Assembly: GCA_035325995.1 (NCBI GenBank)
Contig: DAOKYU010000004.1
Location: forward strand, 69,415 to 133,414
Origin: Thermodesulfobacteriota bacterium
GTDB lineage: Bacteria > Desulfobacterota_D > UBA1144 > Nemesobacterales > UBA2774
Direction of reading: 5' to 3'
Length of the DNA: 64,000 nucleotides
Shown: positions 51,043-60,884 of the stretch, in pieces
Layout: each line of letters begins with the position of its first letter
Numbering within the stretch: the first letter of the stretch is position 1
Position numbers and translations under genes: made by a program
The notes under the pieces: generated by a model
Database searches by the model: none
Seen by the model: only the letters and a program-made list of their open reading frames with translations
What the model was told of the DNA's origin: nothing

Positions 51043-52179
51043 ATGAGAGAGGAGCTGCCCGCGGAAGGGCTCCGCATGGCCGTCTGCCCGCTGCCCGTGA
51101 CGATCATCGGCGGGCTCACGGGGACCGAGGGCGGCCCGGCGCTCGGCTTCAGCGCGGGCGACTGGGCGCTCCTGGCCTTCATGCCGAACGACGAGGGCAG
51201 GGTCAGGCTCTACAGCACCGATTATCCCGGCATAACGGAATTTTCCCTCGGCAACCTGAAGACTCCCGCCCGTGGAGACTGGGGAAGATACGCCGTCTGG
51301 GCAGCCCGGACGCTCAGGGACCGCTACGGAATCGAAACGGGGTTTACGGGCGTACTCAGCCTGCCGCGGATTTCCGTCGAGGCCGGCGGGCACGCGGCTG
51401 AGTCGATGCTTTTACTCATAGCCCTCGGCGCGGTGAACGGCATAGGGCTTTCGCCGAAGGACGCGGCCGGGCTCGCAAAGGAGATGGACGACGAATACGC
51501 AAAATCCCTCGAAAGCCCTGCATGGAGGGCTATTGCCGCCCACGGGAGGAAAGGCTCGCTCCTCTACGCCGATACGGCGACCGGAAACGCAGTACACTAT
51601 CCCGGGCCCGAAAGAGAAGATGCGTTTCGTATAATGACCGTCTACTCCGGAATGCCCGCAGGCGCGCTCACGGACGTGCTCAGGGCACGCACGGGGGAAT
51701 GCAGGAATGCGGCGGGATTCCTCGGCATAATGGGAGGGCTCAGATCCGCGCCGACGCTGTCTCACGTTCCGGAGAAGGTGTTCGCCGAAAAATCCGGAAA
51801 GCTGCCCGAGGAGCTCAGGCGAAGGGCCTCGCATTTCTACGCCGAATCGTCACGCGCCGTATCCGGCGCGGCCGCGTGGAAGGCGGGCGACCTCGTAAAG
51901 CTCGGGAGGCTCATGAACGAATCTACGGAGAGCACGCTTAATAATTACGAGGCGGGCGACCCGGCCGTCAGGTCACTCGTCGAGATCATGGGCGGCACGG
52001 ACGGAGTGTACGGATGCGCGTACGACGGCGGCGTCTCGCTTACGGGCCTCGTCCATAAAGACTTCCCCGAAGAGGCCGGAGAAGGGATCCTCAAAGTCTT
52101 CGCCGACAGGCATCCCGAGCCCGGAGATAAAGCCGCGGTCTATTTTTCCGGCACCGGCGACGGCCTCAGGATAGTATAG
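51043..52179 (+). CDS. GHMP-kinase-superfamily protein (galactokinase-like) with degenerate catalytic motifs
   Basis: Galactokinase-like layout, but motif 1 (GEHTDY) reads GGLTGTE, motif 2 (PxGSGLSSSAA) reads ISVEAGGHAAES, and motif 3 reads GCAYDGGVS. Confidence 0.6.
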   Translation: MREELPAEGLRMAVCPLPVTIIGGLTGTEGGPALGFSAGDWALLAFMPNDEGRVRLYSTDYPGITEFSLGNLKTPARGDWGRYAVWAARTLRDRYGIETGFTGVLSLPRISVEAGGHAAESMLLLIALGAVNGIGLSPKDAAGLAKEMDDEYAKSLESPAWRAIAAHGRKGSLLYADTATGNAVHYPGPEREDAFRIMTVYSGMPAGALTDVLRARTGECRNAAGFLGIMGGLRSAPTLSHVPEKVFAEKSGKLPEELRRRASHFYAESSRAVSGAAAWKAGDLVKLGRLMNESTESTLNNYEAGDPAVRSLVEIMGGTDGVYGCAYDGGVSLTGLVHKDFPEEAGEGILKVFADRHPEPGDKAAVYFSGTGDGLRIV

Positions 52180-52290
52180 GAAATCCACCACTCGCCCCGA
52201 TTAATGTATCCGCATCGATTGGGAAATAAGCCTGTATTACGGGGCAGAACTGTTCTTTGCATATAGAGCCGTCGTGAATTTTAAAAAAGT

Positions 52291-52324
52291 TTAGGTATCC
52301 TAATTCCCGGAAGATACCTTAAAC
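52291..52324. promoter_or_regulatory. Inverted repeat GTTTAGGTATC-N13-GATACCTTAAAC directly upstream of the marR-like gene (candidate autoregulatory operator)
   Basis: Seen directly. It ends about 20 bp before the start codon. Confidence 0.5.
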
Positions 52325-52340
52325 AAAGCGGTAGAGGCTG

Positions 52341-52958
52341 ATGTCGATATTCGACCCTGTATACAGGCAGAAGAACATTGGGGGCCAGATAGCCCGGACA
52401 TTATTTCACATCGGTCAGGCTGTAAAAGGAATGTTCTGGGACAAGAGCAGGCTCGAGCACCTCACCCCGGCGCAGGTCAAGTCGCTCCTCTTTATCAACT
52501 ACACCAGACGCGACGCTATAACCATAGGCAACATGGCGAAATATCTAAGCTGTACCCCGGCCACGGCGAGCGGCGTTATAGATTCCCTCGAAAAGAAGGG
52601 CCTCATAATGCGAAGCCGCGACCCCGAGGACAGGCGGAGGGTGCACCTCTCGCTAACCCCCGACGGGGAGAGGGTCGCGGGCGAAGTCGAAAATATAGGC
52701 AACGAAATCGAAGAAATCATATCCTCCTTCACCCCCGGGGAGCAGAAGATTCTCGAAAGGCTCCTCGTCACCATCGCCGAGAAGCTGATGGAAAAGGGCC
52801 TGATACTATCTTCCGACATATGCACGGACTGCTGCTTCTTCAAGAAAGACACGAACCGCGGCAACTCCAAGCCCCATTACTGCGAAAACCTTCACATAAT
52901 GCTCAGCGAAGAGGACACCTGCAAAGAGTGTCCCCACTATAAAAAAACCTTCAATTAA
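52341..52958 (+). CDS. MarR-family transcriptional regulator with C-terminal Cys-rich (putative metal/redox-binding) extension
   Basis: wHTH core (…TIGNMAKYLSCTPATASGVIDSLEKKGLI…RRRVHLSLT) plus a CTDCC…C…C…C tail of about 45 aa. Confidence 0.8.
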   Translation: MSIFDPVYRQKNIGGQIARTLFHIGQAVKGMFWDKSRLEHLTPAQVKSLLFINYTRRDAITIGNMAKYLSCTPATASGVIDSLEKKGLIMRSRDPEDRRRVHLSLTPDGERVAGEVENIGNEIEEIISSFTPGEQKILERLLVTIAEKLMEKGLILSSDICTDCCFFKKDTNRGNSKPHYCENLHIMLSEEDTCKECPHYKKTFN

Positions 52959-52981
52959 TAATCAAAAAATTTTTTGCTACT

Positions 52982-53017
52982 AATATTTAGGATTCCTAAA
53001 TATTAGGTATACTAATG
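52982..53017. promoter_or_regulatory. Perfect 11-bp inverted repeat AATATTTAGGA-T-TCCTAAATATT followed by TTAGGTATACTAAT (contains a TATACT -10-like hexamer) upstream of the sigma-factor gene
   Basis: Seen directly. TTAGGTAT(A/C)CTAAT also occurs upstream of the marR-like gene (52291-52304). Confidence 0.5.
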
Positions 53018-53046
53018 AACATCAACCGAGTATTTCAGGGCGTGCC

Positions 53047-54156
53047 ATGAAGCTGAGACAATATTCTTACCTTGAAGAAGAGGAGAGGGGCGGAGACCAC
53101 TCGCTCGACGAGGAAGAGTCTTCCGTCGACTTCGATCCGGATTTGGATGACGAAGAGCTTTCCGAGGAAGAGGACAGAGAAGAAGATTCCGGGCGCGGAA
53201 GCACGGCGGCGGACAGGAACTACAGGCTCCTTTTCGCCTATTTCTCCGACCTTAACAAGGAGACGCTCCTCACCAGGCGCGGCGAAGCCGTCCTCGCGGC
53301 GAAGATTAAGGCCGCCGAGGCCGGCGCTGAAAAGATATACAGGCTCCTCAGCCCCGGCAGGCGCGGGAAGCGCGGCGAAACGAGGAGCCCGGAAACCCTG
53401 GAGGCGCTGTACTCCTCTTACAAATCCATGTCGAGGCGCGTTCAGGACAAGTTCATAAAGTCTAACCTCCGGCTCGTAATAGAGCTCGCCAACAGGTTTA
53501 CGGGAAGGGGCCTCCCCCTGACCGACCTCATACAGGAAGGCAATATCGGCCTCATGAAGGCCGTCAAGAAATTCGACCATACGAAGGGATTCAAGTTCTC
53601 GACCTACGCATCGTGGTGGATAAACCAGTCCCTGTCGCGGGCGGTTATGGAGCAGACCCACATCATCCCCATACCCGTCTACCTCCAGGAGCTCTCGGCC
53701 AAGGTGTTTAAGGCCAAGACCCGCCTCGAGCGGGGAGGCGTCGAGCGCCCGCACCCCGAGCAGATAGCCGAGGCGACGGGGCTGCCGACGGACGCCGTGA
53801 GCGCGATACTCAGGGGAAACGACCTCGTCATACCGCTCGAATTCGCCCCCGGCGACGAGGACTCGAAGACCTATCTCGACATCACTCCCGATCCCGACGC
53901 CAGGATGCCGGAATACTTCATCACGACGAGGTCCATCACGGAAGAGGTCAGAAGCTCGCTCGGGCTCCTGTCCGAGCGCGAAAGGGACATCATAAAAATG
54001 AGGTTCGGAATAGGCTACAACGAAGACCACAAGCTCGACCAGATAGCGGGCAAGTACGGCCTCAGCCGCGAGCGCGTAAGGCAGATAGAGAAAGAAGCGC
54101 TTACGAAGCTAGCGGACTCCGAGCACGGACGCGTTCTGAAAGGCCTCCTTAACTAA
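53047..54156 (+). CDS. RNA polymerase sigma factor, sigma-70 family group 1/2-like (RpoD/RpoS-type) with acidic N-terminus
   Basis: Region 2 (DLIQEGNIGLMKAVKKFD…FSTYASWWI), region 3, and region 4.2 (LSRERVRQIEKEALTKL). 369 aa, too short for a canonical primary RpoD. Confidence 0.85.
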   Translation: MKLRQYSYLEEEERGGDHSLDEEESSVDFDPDLDDEELSEEEDREEDSGRGSTAADRNYRLLFAYFSDLNKETLLTRRGEAVLAAKIKAAEAGAEKIYRLLSPGRRGKRGETRSPETLEALYSSYKSMSRRVQDKFIKSNLRLVIELANRFTGRGLPLTDLIQEGNIGLMKAVKKFDHTKGFKFSTYASWWINQSLSRAVMEQTHIIPIPVYLQELSAKVFKAKTRLERGGVERPHPEQIAEATGLPTDAVSAILRGNDLVIPLEFAPGDEDSKTYLDITPDPDARMPEYFITTRSITEEVRSSLGLLSERERDIIKMRFGIGYNEDHKLDQIAGKYGLSRERVRQIEKEALTKLADSEHGRVLKGLLN

Positions 54157-54200
54157 TCGGATTTATTTCGCGGGGACAAACCGGAAACGGCGGCTCACCG

Positions 54201-55148
54201 TCAGTTATTCGACGCGTTCCTGAACTGTATGGTATCGGGAAATGGGAATCTCGTATGCTCTTCCTTGCCGTCGAGCTCTTCCACGTCCCGCGCGCCGAAT
54301 TCGCGAAGCCGCGCTATGACTTCGAGGACGACCGTCTCCGGGGTCGAAGCGCCCGAGCTCAGCCCGACGACCATACCTTCCCTGAACATGCTTCTGTCCA
54401 GGTTGTCGGCGCCTTCGATTAGATAGGCGTCCTTTATACCGCTTGCCTTGGCGACCTCGACGAGCCGGTTCGAGTTCGAGCTCTCGGGAGAGCCCATGAT
54501 GAATATAATGTCCGCCTGTTTGGCGAGCGCCTTCACAGCGTCCTGCCTGTTCTGGGTAGCGTAGCATATATCCAGCTTCGATGGGCTGACTATACGCGGG
54601 AACCTCCGCTTCAGGGCTTCGAGTATCTCCCTCGTATCGTCCACGCTGAGCGTCGTCTGCGTGACGTAGGCGACCTTGTCCGGGTCATCGATCTCGAGGC
54701 CCTCGGCCTCTTCGACGGACTCGACGACCACGACCTGGGCCGGGGCCTCGCCGCTCGTGCCTATGACCTCGACGTGGTTCCTGTGCCCTATCATGACTAT
54801 CGTATAGCCGAGCTCGGCGTAGTTCCTGACTTCGTTATGCACCTTCGTGACGAGCGGGCATACGGCGTCCACGACCTCGAGCCCGCCGTCGAGGGCCTCG
54901 TTCCACACGGCGGGGCTGACCCCGTGCGCGCTGAATATGACCTTCGCGCCCTCGTCGCTTATCTCGCTCAGCTCCTCGACGAACTTGACCCCTTTTTGCT
55001 TCAGGGTCTCGACGACGCGCTTGTTGTGCACTATGGCGTGGCGGACGTATATCGGCGGGCCGTAGGTTTCGAGCGCACGCTCCACCATCTCTATGGCGCG
55101 GTCCACCCCGGCGCAGAACCCCCTCGGCTTGGCTACGATAACACGCAT
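54201..55148 (-). CDS. ispH: 4-hydroxy-3-methylbut-2-enyl diphosphate reductase IspH
   Basis: MRVIVAKPRGFCAGVDRAI… with three conserved Cys. The start is at the internal Met. Confidence 0.9.
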   Translation of the reverse strand: MRVIVAKPRGFCAGVDRAIEMVERALETYGPPIYVRHAIVHNKRVVETLKQKGVKFVEELSEISDEGAKVIFSAHGVSPAVWNEALDGGLEVVDAVCPLVTKVHNEVRNYAELGYTIVMIGHRNHVEVIGTSGEAPAQVVVVESVEEAEGLEIDDPDKVAYVTQTTLSVDDTREILEALKRRFPRIVSPSKLDICYATQNRQDAVKALAKQADIIFIMGSPESSNSNRLVEVAKASGIKDAYLIEGADNLDRSMFREGMVVGLSSGASTPETVVLEVIARLREFGARDVEELDGKEEHTRFPFPDTIQFRNASNN

Positions 55149-55217
55149 ACAAACTCTCCTTCCATAATAATACACGCTTCGGCGTGCGGTTCATAACCCC
55201 CGCAGCCGCCGAAGCCG

Positions 55218-56123
55218 TCACGAGCTCAGATAGCCATCGACGAACGCGTAGAATTCCTCGCGGTTATCGAGCATGATCCAGTGGGAAGGCATGCTGAATT
55301 CCCTGAGATCGAGCCCGTTCGCCGTGATGTATCCCTTGGTCGAATTCATGACGGGCCTCGCCCCTGCGCAGTAGACCCTCCTGACCTTAAGGTCCCGGTA
55401 GGCTTCCGAGATCTCGTTGTTCCCGTCCTTGTCCTCGCCGGCAGCCCTGTCCACAAGCTCGGCGGCCGTCTTGGCGAAAGCCGCGGGATCGCACTCGATG
55501 ACGGAATCGTAGTACCTTATCGTCGAGGCGCTTTCGAAATCCTCCAAGGCGCGCTTCTTGAATCCCCCTTCGCGGAGCCAGTACCCGAACTTCGCCATAT
55601 CGTAACCGCAATCCTTGAGCGCGTTCACGGCGTTCGAGGACTCGAGGAGCGTTTCCCGGGCTATGCACCCCTCGGCGTTGACGAGCTTTTTGATTATCCC
55701 GGTGCTGTCGTCCCTGCACATGTACGTTCCCAGAACGCCGCCGTACGAATGTCCGACCACGAAGACCTCGTCGAGCCCGAAATGCCCGATAAGCGCGAAC
55801 ATGATTTCCACCTGGTGCGGGAGGGAATAATTCGCATCCTTATCGGTCTCCACTTTCCGGCTTCTCCCGAAGCCGAGGAGGTCGGGGACGATAAGCGAGC
55901 GGTTCCTGAGCAAACCGAACGCGTCGAAGAAACATCTCCCGGATTCGCCGAGGCCGTGTATGAAAAGCACGGGCGGCCCTCCCCCGTCTTTTATCCTGTG
56001 CCTGACGAATATATCGAACCCCAGCAGGTTTATAGATTCAGCTTTCACGACGTCACCTCCCTGTTCAGTCACGGTAGCGTGTATAGTCGGGTTAAACGGA
56101 TGATTTGCCCTTCCGTTCCCCAC
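55218..56123 (-). CDS. Alpha/beta-fold hydrolase
   Basis: GHSYGG nucleophile elbow and HG region (LFIHGLGESG). Confidence 0.8.
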   Translation of the reverse strand: MGNGRANHPFNPTIHATVTEQGGDVVKAESINLLGFDIFVRHRIKDGGGPPVLFIHGLGESGRCFFDAFGLLRNRSLIVPDLLGFGRSRKVETDKDANYSLPHQVEIMFALIGHFGLDEVFVVGHSYGGVLGTYMCRDDSTGIIKKLVNAEGCIARETLLESSNAVNALKDCGYDMAKFGYWLREGGFKKRALEDFESASTIRYYDSVIECDPAAFAKTAAELVDRAAGEDKDGNNEISEAYRDLKVRRVYCAGARPVMNSTKGYITANGLDLREFSMPSHWIMLDNREEFYAFVDGYLSS

Positions 56124-56244
56124 GCTGTTATATTATGAATTGAGTCAACGGAATTCCCAGTCTTTCATTCAAAAATCCGGCATACGGGGTATGCGTTTAA
56201 AAGCTCATGCGCTGGCAAGGCAAATAGATGAAGAGGTGACCGAA

Positions 56245-57027
56245 ATGAGACTCAAGGATAAAGTAGCCATTATAACGGGCGGATCGTCCGGCATCGGGAA
56301 AGCGATAACACTCGGATACCTCCGCGAAGGCGCGAAGGTCGTTATCTCCGCATTGAGAGAGCCCCAGTGTGTGGAAACCGTAAAGGAAGCCGAGGCTTTC
56401 GGCGGCGAGGCGGCGTATTTTGTGATGGACGTCTCGGACCTCGGAAAGCACAAGGAGCTTATAGACTTCACCGTAGACAAATTCGGCAAGGCCGACATAC
56501 TCGTCAACGACGCCGGATACGCACGGCGCGAGGGAATCTTCGACGTCACTCCGGAAGACTGGGACAAGATGATGGACATAAATTTAAAGAGCGTCTTCTT
56601 TCTGTCGCAGGCCTTTGCGAAACAGGTAATCAGCCAGGGGGCTTCGGGAAGGATAATAAACATAGGCTCGGTCGCGGGGGCGATGGACATGCACCCGATA
56701 TCGATAGCCTATCACGCCGCCAAGAGCGCCGTCATGCAGCTTACGAGGGTCATGGCGGTGGACCTCGCGCTGAACAATATCACAGTGAACTGCATCGGGC
56801 CCGGCTCGACGATAACGCCGCTGTCCACATCCGCCAATCCCGAGTACGACGAATACATGACGAGCGGCATACCCGAGGGGAGACGCGGTCAGCCCGAGGA
56901 CATGGTGCCCCCGGCCGTGATGTTCGCTACGGACGAGGCCGCGTACATTACGGGGCAGACTATATTCGTCGAGGGGGGTGCAATGTCGATTTATCTCGGA
57001 AAGTCCGAGCCCGGTTTCAAGACCTAG
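56245..57027 (+). CDS. SDR-family oxidoreductase (3-oxoacyl-ACP reductase-like)
   Basis: TGGSSGIGKA Rossmann motif and the YxxxK active site (YHAAK). A GAGGTG RBS supports the Met at 56245. Confidence 0.85.
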   Translation: MRLKDKVAIITGGSSGIGKAITLGYLREGAKVVISALREPQCVETVKEAEAFGGEAAYFVMDVSDLGKHKELIDFTVDKFGKADILVNDAGYARREGIFDVTPEDWDKMMDINLKSVFFLSQAFAKQVISQGASGRIINIGSVAGAMDMHPISIAYHAAKSAVMQLTRVMAVDLALNNITVNCIGPGSTITPLSTSANPEYDEYMTSGIPEGRRGQPEDMVPPAVMFATDEAAYITGQTIFVEGGAMSIYLGKSEPGFKT

Positions 57028-57653
57028 GGGATCGGGTCCGGGCGGAGGAGGAAGTCGGCTTTCTCCCTGTGCTCGGCGGCGTAGTCGAGGTAGCCGTCGA
57101 AAAACGCCTTTTTCTTTACGAGCCAGTCCTCGCGGGTCATGTGGCGCACCGACTCGTCCCTCGGCTCGGCCCTCCCGAGGGCGACGTCAGGCGGGACGTC
57201 CACGAACACCCTGAAGTCAACGTACCGGCCGAGCTCGCCGTCGAAGGAGAAGAGCCCTTCGAGTATGAAATACCTGCACCCGGACGGGTCCAGGGTGAGG
57301 CTCCCTTCGAGAAGGCCGTTTTCGTTCCTGTAGAGCCCCGTGAGCTCGACGGCTTTCCCGCTTTTAACGGACCTGAGGGCGTCCCTCACCTTATCTATGT
57401 CGTACCAGCGGCGGAGATCGACGTCCCCCGCCCTCGCCCTCTCCTCCCATTCGTGGCGGCAGATACAGACGAAGAGGTCCATCGCGAGAAGAAGCGAGTG
57501 CGGTGACAGAGCCTCCCTCAGCTTCTCTCCGAAGTAGCTCTTGCCGCTTCCGATAGAGCCGTCGACGGCGATTACGGCGGGAAAATCACCCGCCCGCTCG
57601 ACAATCCTGTTCGCAATGTCCTTGAGGTCGATACGGCAATTATAATGCGTCAA
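57024..57653 (-). CDS. P-loop nucleoside/nucleotide kinase family protein (uridine kinase/PRK-like)
   Basis: Walker A AVDGSIGSGKS. About 200 aa. Confidence 0.65.
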   Translation of the reverse strand: MTHYNCRIDLKDIANRIVERAGDFPAVIAVDGSIGSGKSYFGEKLREALSPHSLLLAMDLFVCICRHEWEERARAGDVDLRRWYDIDKVRDALRSVKSGKAVELTGLYRNENGLLEGSLTLDPSGCRYFILEGLFSFDGELGRYVDFRVFVDVPPDVALGRAEPRDESVRHMTREDWLVKKKAFFDGYLDYAAEHREKADFLLRPDPIP

Positions 57654-58396
57654 AACACCCCGAGCAACTTGAGCGCAATGATGAATATAGCGACCACCAT
57701 TATGCGCCTGATGACCTTTTCACCGCCCTTGACCGAATATCTCGCCGCCCACCATCCGCCGAGCCCGTTCCCGGCCGCGAGCGTAAGGCCGAGGACCCAG
57801 TTAACGTTGCCCGTCCAGATGAATATTATGAGCGCCGGTATGGTGAACACCATCGTAAGGAACATCTTGTGCATGTTCACGTAGACGAGGTTCATCCTCA
57901 TGAGATGATAGAGCGCGGCCATAATGAGAAACCCGACGCCGACCTGTATGAACCCGCCGTAAAACCCGACGGCAAGCATGGCCGGGTAAACGAGCCACGT
58001 GTTCCTCTCGACGAGGGCATCTGCGCTCAGTTTCTTCTGGGGTATGAGCATCGTGATTATGATTCCTATCATGACGACGCCCAGTATGCGGTCGAACCAA
58101 TCGTTACTGATATTGACGGCGACGAGCGCGCCGACGACGGCCCCCGGTATCGTGAAAGCCGCCAGCTTAAGGCTCTTCTCAAGTGCCGAGACCTTTTCGT
58201 TCCGGAAGGAGAGCGTGGCTAGTATGCTCTGGACGAGTATGCCGACGCGGTTCGTGCCGTTCGCGGCGGCGCTGTCGAGGCCGATGAATATGAGAGCGGG
58301 AAGCGTCAGGCTGGAGCCTCCCCCCGCCATGACGTTTATAACTCCCGACAGGACGCCTACTCCGAAGAGAATCAGAATTTCCAGGTACTCAGGCAT
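57650..58396 (-). CDS. TauE/SafE family sulfite/anion exporter membrane protein
   Basis: Two internal repeats, each with a GGGxx motif (VMAGGGSSL). About 8 TM helices. Start uncertain; the Met at 58396 fits the family N-terminus. Confidence 0.7.
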   Translation of the reverse strand: MPEYLEILILFGVGVLSGVINVMAGGGSSLTLPALIFIGLDSAAANGTNRVGILVQSILATLSFRNEKVSALEKSLKLAAFTIPGAVVGALVAVNISNDWFDRILGVVMIGIIITMLIPQKKLSADALVERNTWLVYPAMLAVGFYGGFIQVGVGFLIMAALYHLMRMNLVYVNMHKMFLTMVFTIPALIIFIWTGNVNWVLGLTLAAGNGLGGWWAARYSVKGGEKVIRRIMVVAIFIIALKLLGVF

Positions 58397-58500
58397 AAAT
58401 ACCGCGCATTCGAACTGCCCGGGCATGGGCGGGAACATACGAAATCGATTTAGTATAAACGTCATTTATCGATTGACAAAACGCCGCCCCGGGGGAGATA

Positions 58501-59859
58501 ATGTCAGCGGATATTTCACTCGGTACGAAACCCGCCAAGATGATAGAAAGACTATTCGGACTGAAAGAGAACGGGACGACCCCCGGACGAGAGATTACGG
58601 CAGGGCTGACGACGTTCATGACCATGTCGTACATCATCTTCGTCCAGCCCGCCGTGCTGGGCGCGGCCGGGATGGACCCGGGCGCGGTAATGGTGGCGAC
58701 GTGCCTCGCAAGCGCCGCCGGGACCCTGCTGATGGCGTTCCTGGCGAACTACCCTATAGCCATGGCCCCCGCGATGGGGCACAACTTCTACTTCACGTAC
58801 ATAGTCGTCCTTACCCTCGGCTATTCGTGGCAGGAGGCGCTCGGGGCCGTGTTCGTCGCCGGTCTTATATTCATACTGCTTTCGACCGTCGGGCTCCGGG
58901 AGACGCTGATGAACGTCCTCCCCGGGTGCCTCAAGAACGGCATTCCCGTCGGCATCGGCCTTTTGATAACGCTCGTCGGCCTCGAATGGTCGGGCATAGT
59001 CGCCGCGCACCCGGTGACTTACGTCACGCTCGGGAAGCTGAAATCGACGCCGACCCTCGTGTCGATACTGGGCCTCGTCGTAATGGCCTCACTCCTCGCG
59101 CTCAAAGTAAGGGGCGCCGTCCTCATCGGCATACTCGCGACGGCCGCGGCGGGACTCGCATTCGGAGTAATTGAATTCGGCGGCGTCGCGGCCGCGCCCC
59201 CGTCCCTCGACCCGACCCTGTTCAAGCTCGCCATACCCAACGTCTTTAAGGACCCGCATCTGATAACCGTCATATTCGTGTTTCTTTTCCTCGATATGTT
59301 CGACACCATCGGGACGCTCATAGGTGTAAGCCAGCAGGGAGGGCTCATGAAGGACGGGAAGCTCCCGAGGGCAAGGCAGGCTCTCCTGTCGGATGCGATT
59401 GCGACGTCGAGCGGCGCGCTCCTGGGGACGTCTACAGTGACGAGCTACGTGGAGAGCGCGGCAGGCATATCCGCCGGCGGGCGGACGGGGCTTACGGGCA
59501 TAGTCGTAGCGGCGCTCTTCGTACTGTCCATATTCCTGAGCCCTCTCGTTCACACGATAGGCGCGGGAATAGACGTGGACGGCGTCACCCTTTACCCGGT
59601 CATAGCGCCCGCGCTCATAATCGTCGGCAGCATGATGTTCAGAAACGTCATTCACGTCGAGTGGGAAGACTACACCGAATCGATCCCTGCATTCCTCACA
59701 CTCATAATGATGCCGCTTACCTTCAGCATCACCGAGGGCATCTCGTTCGGCGTCATCTCGTACGTGCTCTTAAAGCTCCTGAGCGGCAAGGGAAAGAAGG
59801 TGCACTGGCTCGTATACCTCTTCGCCGTCCTCTTCGTCGCCCGGTATATATGGCTTTAA
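58501..59859 (+). CDS. NCS2-family purine permease (AzgA/PbuG-like adenine/guanine/hypoxanthine permease)
   Basis: EITAGLTTFMTMSYIIFV… N-terminus characteristic of the AzgA subfamily. About 13 TM helices. Confidence 0.85.
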   Translation: MSADISLGTKPAKMIERLFGLKENGTTPGREITAGLTTFMTMSYIIFVQPAVLGAAGMDPGAVMVATCLASAAGTLLMAFLANYPIAMAPAMGHNFYFTYIVVLTLGYSWQEALGAVFVAGLIFILLSTVGLRETLMNVLPGCLKNGIPVGIGLLITLVGLEWSGIVAAHPVTYVTLGKLKSTPTLVSILGLVVMASLLALKVRGAVLIGILATAAAGLAFGVIEFGGVAAAPPSLDPTLFKLAIPNVFKDPHLITVIFVFLFLDMFDTIGTLIGVSQQGGLMKDGKLPRARQALLSDAIATSSGALLGTSTVTSYVESAAGISAGGRTGLTGIVVAALFVLSIFLSPLVHTIGAGIDVDGVTLYPVIAPALIIVGSMMFRNVIHVEWEDYTESIPAFLTLIMMPLTFSITEGISFGVISYVLLKLLSGKGKKVHWLVYLFAVLFVARYIWL

Positions 59860-59956
59860 GTAGCGGCAGAGCCGCCCGCCCGTCCGCGTCCGAAAATATT
59901 GTTCAGAACATATTAAGACGAGTTGTATAATCCCCGCGTTTCCATACAATTACAGT

Positions 59957-60877
59957 GTGAAGAAAGTTAAGATAGGACTCATCCAGACGAAGGTCTCTGA
60001 CGACGTCCGGAAGAATGTCGAGAAGACCGCCGGGATGATAGAAGAGGCGGCCAAGGCGGGGGCGGAGATAATAGCCCTACAGGAGCTCTTTCAGACTCCG
60101 TATTTCCCGCAGCGGGAGAACCTGAAAAAGGACGACTACGCCGAGGAAGCAGGCGGCTACGCGGTCTCCAAGATGAAAAAGGCCGCTGCGGAGCTGGGCG
60201 TAACTATCGTTGTTCCGTTTTACGAAAAGAAGGACGGGAAGTACTTCAACACGGCGGCAGTGATAGGCAAGAACGGCAGGCTCGCCGGACGGTACCACAA
60301 GATTCACATTCCCCACGACCCCGGCTTTTACGAGAAGGAATACTTCGAAGAGGGACAGGGTGGTTACTCCGTATTCAAGTCTGGCAACGTGAAGTTCGCG
60401 GTGCTGATTTGCTACGACCAGTGGTTCCCCGAGGCCGCCCGCATGGCGAGGCTCGCCGGGGCCGAGATAATCTTCTACCCGACCGCCATAGGGAGGATCG
60501 TCGGGTACGACGAGGAAGGCGACTGGCACGACGCGTGGGAGACTGTGCAGAGGGGGCACGCCATAGCCAACAGCGTCTACGTCGCCGCCATTAACCGCGT
60601 CGGTCAGGAAGGCAGGATGAGGTTCTGGGGCAGGTCCTTCATATCGGACCCGTTCGGGAAGGTCATAAAGCGCGGCTCCGGCACGAAAGAGGAAATAATC
60701 ACGGCAGAGCTCGACCTCGAAAGGAACGACTTCTACGCCGAAGGCTGGGGATTCCTCAGGAACCGAAGGCCCGATACCTACAAGGGCCTTACGACGGGAA
60801 AGCTCGTCAAGAAATCGAAGAAGCTCGAAAACGTCGCGCACTATGAAGACATGAAAAAGGCGCTCAGGCAGAAGTAA
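59957..60877 (+). CDS. aguB: N-carbamoylputrescine amidase (nitrilase superfamily)
   Basis: C-N hydrolase Glu-Lys-Cys triad (…LQEL…K…ICYD). Family-typical 300-aa length. Adjacent to agmatine deiminase. Confidence 0.8.
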   Translation: MKKVKIGLIQTKVSDDVRKNVEKTAGMIEEAAKAGAEIIALQELFQTPYFPQRENLKKDDYAEEAGGYAVSKMKKAAAELGVTIVVPFYEKKDGKYFNTAAVIGKNGRLAGRYHKIHIPHDPGFYEKEYFEEGQGGYSVFKSGNVKFAVLICYDQWFPEAARMARLAGAEIIFYPTAIGRIVGYDEEGDWHDAWETVQRGHAIANSVYVAAINRVGQEGRMRFWGRSFISDPFGKVIKRGSGTKEEIITAELDLERNDFYAEGWGFLRNRRPDTYKGLTTGKLVKKSKKLENVAHYEDMKKALRQK

Positions 60878-60884
60878 ATCCAAC

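Noticed and set aside
53035-54030. 331-aa minus-strand ORF opposite the sigma-factor gene
   Set aside because: Antisense shadow. The sigma-70 regions 2-4 on the plus strand are unmistakable.
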